Assembly (NCBI GenBank): GCA_964604135.1
Contig: CAZRXU010000002.1
Span: forward strand, 636-64,635
DNA: 64,000 bases
Direction of reading: 5' to 3'
DNA from: an uncultured bacterium
Lineage (GTDB): Bacteria; Fermentibacterota; Fermentibacteria; Fermentibacterales; JCC-6
The notes beneath the pieces were generated by a model, which was not told the DNA's origin, searched no databases, and saw only the letters and a program-made list of their open reading frames with translations. Position 1 is the stretch's first letter; each line of letters starts with the position of its first letter. Shown piece after piece: positions 1-8,787 of the stretch. Made by a program: the position numbers and the translations under genes.

Positions 1-441
1 GTTCTGGCTGATAACATTACCTATGTTGGCCCAGCCGGTATGGGAAAGGGCTGTATTGTTGGAACCCTTGAAAGAATTCTGCTTGTACCCATTGAAGTTA
101 CCAGGGTAAAAGGCTACATAAGGTATCAGTCCGAGACAACGACACTTACACTCAAGGGAAAAGACCCGGCGGAGATGATCAGAAACTTTGCCTCAGAGGA
201 TGGGGTGAAATCATCAGACCTTGAGGGGCTTATGACCGAAATCGTTTCCCAGGTGGAGGGAGCTGTTCTGCATGAGCTTTCAGCAATAAGAAGGCTGAAG
301 GTAAAGAACAGTTTTTTCAGCAGGGGTATCTATTTGAACAAGAATGACAGCAATGTAGGCTGGATAGGTTATCCCCTGAAAAAACAGGATGCAGTTGCTT
401 TTGAGGAATTCTACAGAGGTCATCCGGCAGCTCAGCAGTAG
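1..441 (+). CDS. C-terminal part of a hypothetical protein (5' end outside the window)
   Basis: Frame 1 is open from base 1 to TAG at 439-441. The ATG at 40 is only the first Met inside the window. No catalytic motif recognised. Confidence 0.5.
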   Translation, partial: VLADNITYVGPAGMGKGCIVGTLERILLVPIEVTRVKGYIRYQSETTTLTLKGKDPAEMIRNFASEDGVKSSDLEGLMTEIVSQVEGAVLHELSAIRRLKVKNSFFSRGIYLNKNDSNVGWIGYPLKKQDAVAFEEFYRGHPAAQQ

Positions 442-450
442 CAGCTAACA

Positions 451-473
451 GGCATCGGCGGCACGCAGGGTAC
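451..473. repeat. Copy A of a 23-nt direct repeat (GGCATCGGCGGCACGCAGGGTAC)
   Basis: Matches 3628-3650 at 22 of 23 positions. Lies 10 nt after the stop of the upstream + strand gene. Confidence 0.6.
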
Positions 474-682
474 GAAATAGATAACCGGGTTCAGGATACA
501 GGAAACGGTTTTATTTCTTCGAGAAGCAGAACGCGATTTGTTGTCGCCAACCGGCAATTCACGGTAAGCCATGCAGATAGAGATGTGAATATCTGGTGAG
601 TAGTAATAACTCTCCACAACATGGATCTGCTTCGACATGTGGAAAGTGGTTGCGTATTATCAAAGGCGTGGGGGTAAAGTCA

Positions 683-3559
683 ATGAATGTCACTTCATCA
701 TTTAGAATTTGCGAATCAAGGTTTATTCCTGCTCTGCAAGGCACTTTAACCAGATCAATACATACTGGAAACGGTGCTGAATTTATTCACCTTATGTGCC
801 CAGAGGAGTTGGAGAACTCCTTCGCAGTGTGCTTCAGAACACCATGCAGCAATGATCAGGGAATACCGCATATGATCGAGCATATGGTACTGCAGGGTTC
901 TGAGAAGTATCCCGTAAAAGACTTGTACCTTGAGTTGGAAAAAAGAAGCATGGCCACATTCGCATACGGCAATACTGGAAGCGATAGAACGGTTTATCTA
1001 TGTAGTTGCATTAATAAGAATCAATACATGAAATTGGTCTCTGTGTACATGGATATAGTTTTTCACCCATTAATGGGGAAGAATATTTTTCATCAGGAGG
1101 CATATCGGCTGGACATCGATGGCTCAGATTCTGAAGGAGATCTTGTTCACAATGGAGTAGTGTACAATGAGGTGAAAGGAATTGCCAGTGATCAATTCAG
1201 GTATGTAATAGGGAAATGCCAAAACGGGCTATACCCTGATTCGTCATCAGGCAGGAGTTTTGCGGGAGACTACAGATCAGTTCCGGATATTTCATATGAA
1301 ATACTGATGGAGTACTACAGAGATCACTACCACCCATCGAACTGCTGTTTGTTTTCAATAACAGGAGTTCCATTCAACGAGATGGCGGAATTGCTGGAAG
1401 CGGAGCTTACCGGCTTTGATTCGTATAAGCCTCCTGTTGAGTTACAAGAGCAAACTCCATTTGATGCACCTTTAGAGGTGTGTGCAGCCATGCCGGGAAG
1501 AGATGATGGAAAGTGTATAGCCTTAAGCACGTGGGTTATGCCTTCCGGTGGAGACATTGTGTATACTCTTGCCTGGTCAATTCTTGGTGATATTCTCTGC
1601 GGGCATGATAACTCTCCGATAAAGAGCAGACTTGTTTGTTCTGTTCCTGATACCTCTCTTTTCAGTAACTTCACCCGACGGTTCAAACAGAACGACTTGA
1701 GCATTGGTTTGTTCGGTGTTGATAAAGCTGAAGGCAAAAAGGTTTTTCAGCGAATTCAAAAAGAGCTCAAGGACTTGATTGATACGGGAATAAATCCCGA
1801 GCTGGTAAATGGTGCTGTTAAACAGCAGGAGTTGAAACAAAGAAAAAAGGGGGATTACTGGTCAGAGAGTACCCTCTGGAAAGTCTGTGAAGCCTGGGCT
1901 TACGGTGAAGATGTGATGCTGTTGATGGACAGTCACGCCCTCTTCGAGTCTTTGAAGCACAAGCTTTTTGAGAACCCAAAACTGTTCGAGGACATGATCA
2001 GCAGAGATTTGCTGAACAATCCCCACATGCTGAATGGTGTTTTCTGCCCTGATGAAGAGCATTTCAGATGCATAGATGAGGAGATCAGGATGGACCTTCA
2101 CAACCTGAAGAAATCCATGTCTGAGGACGAGATCACAGAATTAATCACTGGCTCAGAGAACCTGAAGAAATATTTGGATAAGCCGGTAAACAAAGCAGAC
2201 TTGTTAAAACTGCCTATACCGGCCATTGCGGGGATAGATGAATTCTTGCCGCCTCCTTTGTTCTACAATGAGGAAAAGGTAGAGAATAAGCTGATTCTTA
2301 CAACGGCGGTAAACACTTATGGTGTTTGCTGTGTTGACCTTTGTTTCGATGTGTCGGATCTTCCATTCGAGCTGATTTCGCACCTCGCCTTCTTTGAAAA
2401 GTATTTGACTAAAACAGGAGCAGATGATCTTGATTATCAGGAGATGCTGGCATATGAGCTCAGTTGCTCAAGTGGAATTGCCGCTTCAACAATTGCAGTA
2501 CCTTCAACTATTGCTTCTGCAGGAGAATACAGAATTGTCTTTAGAATAAGTGGATACTGTTTACCCGAAGACCTTTCTTCAATGCTGTCCGCCATGGGAA
2601 AAAGAGCCTTTCAACCGGAATTGAGCAATCCGGATCGTATACTCACTGCTGCCAGGGAGATCGAGAACGAAAAAAGAGGTAGTGTAATTTACCGGGGCAA
2701 TGAGCAGTCAATACTTATGGCGAAAGCGGGTCTATCCACTGTAGGCTATGTTGACAACTTACTCCATGGCCTCCCATCTCTTCAGAACACTGCTCTGATC
2801 AACAAGAACACAGTTGATACAACGATTGAAGCTCTTTCATCAATTCATTATTACATCTCAGAAGTGTCTCCCCGGATTCTCATCTGGTCTGGAGCCGAGG
2901 CAGAGCGTTCAATAGCAACAGAGTGGTTTACAGGTCTTCCAGGGTCTCGTGCAGACTTTAAGAAGAGCACTCCGCCAGCTCTTCCCGCTGTGCCGGTTGT
3001 AACGGGAGTTGAAACCCATAGTATATCTACTTCTATCGGCATGGCAGTGAAGGGTATTCCTCAAAGCCATCCACTTGCTGCTTCCGGGATAGTTGCCATG
3101 GAGATGGTTGACGAGTTTCTGATTAATGAAATCATGCTGAAGGGTGGGGCATACACCGGTGGGGTTTACATGGAAGACGGCGCAATCCTGCTTTACTCCT
3201 ATAGAGATCCCTCTCCTGCAAGGAGCCTGTCCATTTTCCAGCAAATAAAATCGAGCTGTAAGAATTTGTTGCATTCAAAAAGTGATAATTTTGATGACTA
3301 TATTCTCTCGGCATTGAAGAAGATGAACCCTGTCCTGCGTCCGGCTACAGCTAACCAGGATGCTTTACGAAAGTTCCTGAAAGGCGGGAACAGAGTCTTT
3401 AAGAAATCGTGGAGCAAGGCATTACTTAGTGTTACTGAAGATTCTGTCGGCGAGTTTTGTATTTGCCTTGAACAGCTAGATGACACACCTTATGTTTGCG
3501 TGATAAGCAACAGGAGTACTCTGGGTGCAATGAATATTGATGACAGAATTTGTGTGTAG
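683..3559 (+). CDS. M16C (PreP/pitrilysin-like) zinc metallopeptidase
   Basis: Inverted zinc motif HxxEH in GIPHMIEHMVLQGSEKYPVKD, the N-terminal signature of PreP-type insulinase-family peptidases. Length of about 960 aa fits M16C. Start placed at ATG 683 (MNVTSS...); the track ORF opens at 596. Confidence 0.85.
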   Translation: MNVTSSFRICESRFIPALQGTLTRSIHTGNGAEFIHLMCPEELENSFAVCFRTPCSNDQGIPHMIEHMVLQGSEKYPVKDLYLELEKRSMATFAYGNTGSDRTVYLCSCINKNQYMKLVSVYMDIVFHPLMGKNIFHQEAYRLDIDGSDSEGDLVHNGVVYNEVKGIASDQFRYVIGKCQNGLYPDSSSGRSFAGDYRSVPDISYEILMEYYRDHYHPSNCCLFSITGVPFNEMAELLEAELTGFDSYKPPVELQEQTPFDAPLEVCAAMPGRDDGKCIALSTWVMPSGGDIVYTLAWSILGDILCGHDNSPIKSRLVCSVPDTSLFSNFTRRFKQNDLSIGLFGVDKAEGKKVFQRIQKELKDLIDTGINPELVNGAVKQQELKQRKKGDYWSESTLWKVCEAWAYGEDVMLLMDSHALFESLKHKLFENPKLFEDMISRDLLNNPHMLNGVFCPDEEHFRCIDEEIRMDLHNLKKSMSEDEITELITGSENLKKYLDKPVNKADLLKLPIPAIAGIDEFLPPPLFYNEEKVENKLILTTAVNTYGVCCVDLCFDVSDLPFELISHLAFFEKYLTKTGADDLDYQEMLAYELSCSSGIAASTIAVPSTIASAGEYRIVFRISGYCLPEDLSSMLSAMGKRAFQPELSNPDRILTAAREIENEKRGSVIYRGNEQSILMAKAGLSTVGYVDNLLHGLPSLQNTALINKNTVDTTIEALSSIHYYISEVSPRILIWSGAEAERSIATEWFTGLPGSRADFKKSTPPALPAVPVVTGVETHSISTSIGMAVKGIPQSHPLAASGIVAMEMVDEFLINEIMLKGGAYTGGVYMEDGAILLYSYRDPSPARSLSIFQQIKSSCKNLLHSKSDNFDDYILSALKKMNPVLRPATANQDALRKFLKGGNRVFKKSWSKALLSVTEDSVGEFCICLEQLDDTPYVCVISNRSTLGAMNIDDRICV

Positions 3560-3627
3560 ATCTCTCTGTTTTAATGCATACTGGCCCTGCTCCAATTCAT
3601 AGCAAATATGCCTACAGCGGGTTTACG

Positions 3628-3650
3628 GGCATCAGCGGCACGCAGGGTAC
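3628..3650. repeat. Copy B of the 23-nt direct repeat (GGCATCAGCGGCACGCAGGGTAC)
   Basis: One mismatch to 451-473. Lies 69 nt after the M16 peptidase stop, inside a 510-bp non-coding gap. Confidence 0.6.
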
Positions 3651-4071
3651 CTTCTTTCATTCTTGTTTTTACCCATCCCGCCGCCTTTTTCCATGATTCC
3701 TGTGAAGGTTCTGTGAGGTACGGTGATTCATCGCCTGTGAACGGGCAGGGGGCAGCCCTGTGGTGTGTGTTTAAGAGACAGGGTGTTGTTCCCATCAAGT
3801 GAATAGGCATTCTCTGCTGTTCACCGCTATGTTTTCAAGCCTTCAGAAGTGGTAGCCGTCTGGGTCAAACCTGCCGGATGCAATCTTGTGTGCTTCCAGT
3901 TGTGTCTGTGCATTAAAGCGCTGAACGGTTTGATGTTTTCGTTCGGTATTGCACATATTTGCAGGTACAGTATTTTTTGCTGCAGTGGTTATACAGTTAG
4001 AGGGCAGGCTGAAGGTTCTGTTTGTTCAGCGAGGCGGCCAGCCGCGCTGAGGGTTGTAACAGGGAGGAAAA

Positions 4072-5091
4072 ATGAAGAAGGTAATTACGATTCTGATTCT
4101 GGCTGCAGTGGCGGCTTTCGCCAGTGCTCCAAGGCTTACCGTTCTTGGAGACGATGCCAGGCTGCTTGTGAACGATTATCTTGAGATATGGGCATTTCCG
4201 GGAGTTATCGGTGACTATGAGTTTGTTACAGGCAACAGCGAAACCTCCAACCACAGTGACGGATGGTTTGGTATTGTGGACGGGTTTGGCGGTAATACCT
4301 ACGGAGTAACAATTAACCACAACGGTTACAGCCACGAAGTTCTGTTCAGCCCTGGTGGCTGGGGAGCAATCGTTTCCATGGATTTCAATAAGTTCCCGAA
4401 TGATTCAACCACGCAGAAAGATATCAGGCTTGGAATGGCATGGGGAACCGCTGTATCATTCCTTTCAGATTACTCTGATCTTGCCTTCAGCGCAGGATTC
4501 GACAATACATCTATTGATTTCAATAACGACAACTGGAGCAGCCGAGATATCAGTTTTGGTGCTTCTCTTCGAGGCCACGGCAGTGATTTCTTCAATCTGT
4601 TCCCGATTATAGGCGCAGATGTGAACATGCACAGTGTTGATACCTATGTTGACTCGACCTTCTCCGTTACCGATATCACTTTCAATGCAGGCGGAGGCCG
4701 CAACAGAAAAGTTGCGGACAAAACCAACCTCATTCTCGGTGTGTTTTCTGGTATTCAGTTTACAAGCTACAGCGGAGACTACGCCGAGGGGGGAACTCCC
4801 GACTCTGAGATGTGGATTGAAATTCCAAGGATTACCGGTGGAGTAGAGCAGGAAATCGGCAAATGGGTTGTATTCAGAGCCGGTGCTGTAAGCACAACAA
4901 ACTACTACACAAGAGGTGATTTCAATCAGCTCACCAGCGCTTTCGACACCAACTTCGGTATCGGGCTGCACTGTGATAACTTCATTATCGATGCCACAAT
5001 TACTGAAGGCTTCCTTCACAGCGGTCCCTACATGATTGGCGGGAATGCAAACGGCTTCATGGGAAGCCTTGCAGCTACCTACAATTTTTGA
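4072..5091 (+). CDS. Putative outer-membrane beta-barrel protein
   Basis: Signal peptide MKKVITILILAAVAAFASA and GGGAGG just upstream of the ATG. Gly/aromatic-rich alternating segments. C-terminus ...AATYNF ends in Phe, as in OM barrels. Confidence 0.6.
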   Translation: MKKVITILILAAVAAFASAPRLTVLGDDARLLVNDYLEIWAFPGVIGDYEFVTGNSETSNHSDGWFGIVDGFGGNTYGVTINHNGYSHEVLFSPGGWGAIVSMDFNKFPNDSTTQKDIRLGMAWGTAVSFLSDYSDLAFSAGFDNTSIDFNNDNWSSRDISFGASLRGHGSDFFNLFPIIGADVNMHSVDTYVDSTFSVTDITFNAGGGRNRKVADKTNLILGVFSGIQFTSYSGDYAEGGTPDSEMWIEIPRITGGVEQEIGKWVVFRAGAVSTTNYYTRGDFNQLTSAFDTNFGIGLHCDNFIIDATITEGFLHSGPYMIGGNANGFMGSLAATYNF

Positions 5092-5105
5092 TTGTTCTTT
5101 CTGCG

Positions 5106-5136
5106 AAACGGGCATCTGGAAACAGGTGCCCGTTTT
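5106..5136 (+). terminator. Rho-independent terminator after the OM barrel gene
   Basis: AAACGGGCA (5106-5114) pairs with TGCCCGTTT (5127-5135), followed by a T-run. Confidence 0.65.
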
Positions 5137-5299
5137 AGGTTCCCGATGGTTCCTGTTTACCGGAAGCGGGCTTGTTTCTGTATGCTTTGTTCTGTTGTTA
5201 ACTGTTTTGTACAGGAGGAACAATGAGGATGGCGGTTACTGGTAGAATGTCCCGATTTTATTTCTTTCCAGGGATAAGGTAAAAGCTGCTGATATTCTT

Positions 5300-5740
5300 G
5301 TGGTGCTGGTTATGGCTGTATTGATTGCCTTTGCAGCATGCGGTTCCAGTGAGGGTGGTACTGTACAGACAGCTCTGGAGATAGTGGAGACGCAGACAAT
5401 TCAGGAGGGGGATCTTCAAGACCCGAACCACGGCAATTTGTACTACGATTGCTACCGGTTCGATGCGATGAGGTTCGACACAGTGTGTATAGAGGTTGAA
5501 ACTGTTCCATTCTCTCCGCTTTTGAAACTGATGGAAGTCTCTACAGATGCTGTTCTTGCAGAATGGGATTCCCAGTATTCTGAGGGTAACGCACTGACCT
5601 ACACCATCGCGTCAGACGGAACCTATGAAACCCGGGTTTACTCGATGGACGGGGGTACAGGAAGGTACACCGTTACAGTAACGGTAGGGTTCGTCAGAGG
5701 TTTTCCCCTGATTCATCATGCATTGGAGAGTTGTCTATAA
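5300..5740 (+). CDS. Small lipoprotein with a PPC (pre-peptidase C-terminal)-like beta-sandwich
   Basis: Lipobox LIAFAAC-G. Pattern YDCYRF...DTVCIEV...DGTYETRVYS..GGTGRYTVTVTV resembles PPC domains. GTG start at 5300 is the first start codon after the in-frame stop at 5243. Confidence 0.55.
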   Translation: MVLVMAVLIAFAACGSSEGGTVQTALEIVETQTIQEGDLQDPNHGNLYYDCYRFDAMRFDTVCIEVETVPFSPLLKLMEVSTDAVLAEWDSQYSEGNALTYTIASDGTYETRVYSMDGGTGRYTVTVTVGFVRGFPLIHHALESCL

Positions 5741-8615
5741 GACGCTGTAGCACAGAGATCAGTTCTTTGAAAATGTAGGGTTTGTGAAGGAATCCGGCAG
5801 GTGGTCTGTCGGTAAAACCCCTGATGACCTCCTGCTTGTTGTAGCCGCTACACATTATAACCTGAACATCTTTCTTGATGCGACACAGTTCCCTGAAGGT
5901 TTGCTTTCCATCGAGATGGGGCATGATGTAATCCAGTATTACGAGTGTAATTGTGCCTGAAGACTTCCTGTATATTCTAACTGCTTCTGCCCCGTCAGAT
6001 GCCGTAACAACATGAAATCCCAGATGTTCAAGCATCTGTTTGCCAACAGATAGAATTGCTTCCTCATCATCGACCAGCAGGATTGTGCCGGAGCCTGTCC
6101 ATGAATTCCGTTTTTCCCGCTTCTCTTTTCTGTACAGCTTCTGCTCAAGATCGTTTACAGGAAACAGCACTTTGATTGAAGTGCCGGTGCCCGGCTCGCT
6201 GTATACTTTTATTGCGCCTTTGTGCCCTCTGATTATTCCAAGAACAGCAGATAACCCAAGTCCCCGCCCGGTGAACTTGGTGGAGTAAAACGGGTCGAAC
6301 AGTTTTTTCAGAGTTTCCCTGTCCATACCGCAACCAGTATCGGAGACTTCCAGAAAAACATACAGTCCTGAATCAAGGGCTTCGCTTATGTAAGTGCTTG
6401 CAAGGTAGCTGTCGTCGCAGTACATAGCTCCTGTTGTGATTGAAATAGTTCCAGGGGAATTGTCTACCGCATCGGATGCGTTTGTTACCAGGTTCATTAT
6501 CACCTGTTTGATCTGTGTGGCATCAGCCTCAATCAGAGGAAGGTCGGGGGCGTATTGGTATTTTACTTCAGTGTTCTTGGAAATGGAGACATCAAGTATT
6601 CGGGTCATTTCATCTACAGCATCATTCAGGTTAACCGCTTCAATCAGAAACTTGCCTTTCCCCGAATAAGCCAGCATCTGTTTTGCCAGATTAGCGGCTC
6701 CCCTTGCAGCAGTTTCCACTGCTTTGATGTTGTTGTAAACCGGGTTCTCGGGAGAGAGATCCATCAGTGCAATGTTGGTGTTGCCGAGAATGGCCATAAG
6801 TATGTTGTTGAAATCATGGGCAATCCCGCCTGCTAGAACTCCCAGGCTTTCCAGCTTCTGAGCATGCTGCATCTGCATTTCCAGATCACGCCTCTCCTGT
6901 GCCGCTTTTCTGTACACGGTAATGTCTTGTCCGGAAGAGAGCAGACCGGTTACTTTGCCTTCGGAATCTGTGATAAAGGCATTGTGCCACGCAATAAGCC
7001 TTTCGGATCCATCCCCTGCAAGAATTGGGTTTTCAAAGTATTCAACCAGCTCCAGGTTGCCGTTTATAAGCTGAAGGAAGACCTTCTTTACCTGATCTCT
7101 GATCGATTCGGGAAGGAAGTTGCTGAACCAGTTTTTCCCTACAATATGCTGTTCATCGCTTCCCAGAATGTCACAGGCTTTTTTGTTTACAAGGGTTACT
7201 TTGCCCTCTGTGTCAAGTGCCACAAACACGGCATTGGCAATACTGAGGTAGCTGTCCGCCCGTTTTCTTGACTGGCGCAGAAGGGTTTCGGTTTCCCTCT
7301 GACGACTGATGTCCATCACGGAAATTGCCTGAACGACATACTGCTTTTTGTACATCATTGATCTGGCATGTACAATAATCGGGAATCTTGAACCGTCTTT
7401 GCGCAGGCCCACAGCTTCATAGGGCTCTGAAACCTCGTTCTGCAGGTTCTGCCTGACCATATCCCAGCTCTCGGGTGCGATTACTTCATAACCCGATTTA
7501 CCAGTAAAACTCTCTGGGCTTTCCCACCCGAACATTTTAGCGGCCATCTCGTTGGCTTCCAGGCATATTCCGTTTCTGGCGAAGAAGATGGCTTCCATTG
7601 ATGTGTCTGCCAGGTAGCGGAACTTCTCTTCACTTTCGCGAAGATCGCGGACAAGAAGCATGGTGCTTAGCGAATCGGAAATACGGTGGCTTATCTCTCT
7701 GAACAGATCCTTTTCTTCTGTGGTCCACTCTCTGAAGTGCGAGCACTGATGCAGCCCGAAGATCCAGGGTTTGCCTGTTTTTGGATGAAGGGGAACCAGA
7801 ATCTGGGATAGAATGGAGAACTGCCTGTTTATGTCTTCCGGGAGAATACCGTCTCTTGAATCGATGGTGACAACATCGTTCATCTCCAGCATCTTCCTGC
7901 AGTTATTCTTCATTTCAACAGTCATGGGGTGTTTTTTCCCGGTGACTTTGGCGCCTGGGTATTCGGGCCGGACTATTTCCACAGGAATACTCCACTGCTC
8001 GGCTTCCGGGTCACACGGAAACAGAAGCCACGCCCTGTCAGCCTGAAAAAGGTCAAGAACAACCTGCAGAACATCGGACATCATCTGATCTGCAGTTGCC
8101 GATTTCCTTAGCACCTCATCGATGTGATTGAGGTTTTTCAGAAACTTTACGTGCAGGGCATTTGCTTCCCGATTCAGCTTCCAGTTTTCGATGTTTATAC
8201 CGTAGGCTGAAACGAACAGTGGTTTGCCGTTATTATCGTTTATTACCTTTATATTCATCTGTACAGTGAACTCTGTTCCGTCCCTGCGTTTGTGTATTAT
8301 CTCGTAGCCGCCGCATTCTCCATTTTCTTCAACAGCTCTGATAACATCTGCTATTTTCATTGAGTGTTTGTTTGCGTGGAAGACCGAGAATTTTTCGGAT
8401 TTGAGTTCTTCAGGGGTATAGCCGTGAATCTTGGCGAAGTACTTGTTTGTGTAAACTATTCTGCCGTCCATATCGAAGATTGCACAGCCGTGGCTGGCTG
8501 TATCAACAATGTCTTTGAAGCGGGAGTAATCTGCCAGAAGAGCAGACTGATCTTCGAGTTGTTTCCGGAGTTTTACTATTTCCAGTTGTTCCTGCGACTT
8601 TGTGTTTTCTTTCAT
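5694..8615 (-). CDS. Hybrid sensor histidine kinase (multiple PAS, GAF, HisKA, HATPase_c, C-terminal receiver)
   Basis: H-box GGIAHDFNNILMAILG. ATPase motifs DTGCGMD and GRGLGLS. Receiver ILLVDDEEAIL...ILDYIMPHLDG...KP. Start at ATG 8615 (MKENTK), preceded by GGAGG. Confidence 0.9.
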   Translation of the reverse strand: MKENTKSQEQLEIVKLRKQLEDQSALLADYSRFKDIVDTASHGCAIFDMDGRIVYTNKYFAKIHGYTPEELKSEKFSVFHANKHSMKIADVIRAVEENGECGGYEIIHKRRDGTEFTVQMNIKVINDNNGKPLFVSAYGINIENWKLNREANALHVKFLKNLNHIDEVLRKSATADQMMSDVLQVVLDLFQADRAWLLFPCDPEAEQWSIPVEIVRPEYPGAKVTGKKHPMTVEMKNNCRKMLEMNDVVTIDSRDGILPEDINRQFSILSQILVPLHPKTGKPWIFGLHQCSHFREWTTEEKDLFREISHRISDSLSTMLLVRDLRESEEKFRYLADTSMEAIFFARNGICLEANEMAAKMFGWESPESFTGKSGYEVIAPESWDMVRQNLQNEVSEPYEAVGLRKDGSRFPIIVHARSMMYKKQYVVQAISVMDISRQRETETLLRQSRKRADSYLSIANAVFVALDTEGKVTLVNKKACDILGSDEQHIVGKNWFSNFLPESIRDQVKKVFLQLINGNLELVEYFENPILAGDGSERLIAWHNAFITDSEGKVTGLLSSGQDITVYRKAAQERRDLEMQMQHAQKLESLGVLAGGIAHDFNNILMAILGNTNIALMDLSPENPVYNNIKAVETAARGAANLAKQMLAYSGKGKFLIEAVNLNDAVDEMTRILDVSISKNTEVKYQYAPDLPLIEADATQIKQVIMNLVTNASDAVDNSPGTISITTGAMYCDDSYLASTYISEALDSGLYVFLEVSDTGCGMDRETLKKLFDPFYSTKFTGRGLGLSAVLGIIRGHKGAIKVYSEPGTGTSIKVLFPVNDLEQKLYRKEKREKRNSWTGSGTILLVDDEEAILSVGKQMLEHLGFHVVTASDGAEAVRIYRKSSGTITLVILDYIMPHLDGKQTFRELCRIKKDVQVIMCSGYNKQEVIRGFTDRPPAGFLHKPYIFKELISVLQRLIDNSPMHDESGENL

Positions 8616-8733
8616 GAAAACCTCCATGCAAAGAAAATAGCGGGCAGCACCGGGCGGAAAGTGAATGGCGCCAAGAGCGTACCTGATTGAAAAAGTACAT
8701 ACTGGCAAAATTGAAAGATGTCAACAACTGAGG

Positions 8734-8766
8734 AAAAACACGGCACCCTTTCGGAAGGATGCCGTG
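8734..8766 (-). terminator. Rho-independent terminator of the SNF transporter gene
   Basis: CACGGCA (8739-8745) pairs with TGCCGTG (8760-8766), with an inner CCTT/AAGG extension. On the minus strand the hairpin is followed by TTTTT (A-run 8734-8738). Confidence 0.7.
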
Positions 8767-8787
8767 CGATTTAAGGTATTTTTTGTG

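Noticed and set aside
3560-4071. 510-bp gap upstream of the OM barrel gene, with small ORFs at 3608-3802 (+), 3571-3810 (-) and 3849-4184 (+). Considered as genes or an ncRNA.
   Set aside because: - The ORFs overlap one another or the barrel gene's start, have no SD, and give low-complexity translations.
- I could not recognise any known RNA family by eye.
Only the 23-nt repeat copy is reported.
4465-5223. 252-aa minus-strand ORF.
   Set aside because: It is antisense to the OM barrel gene (signal peptide, SD, terminator) and would read through that gene's terminator.
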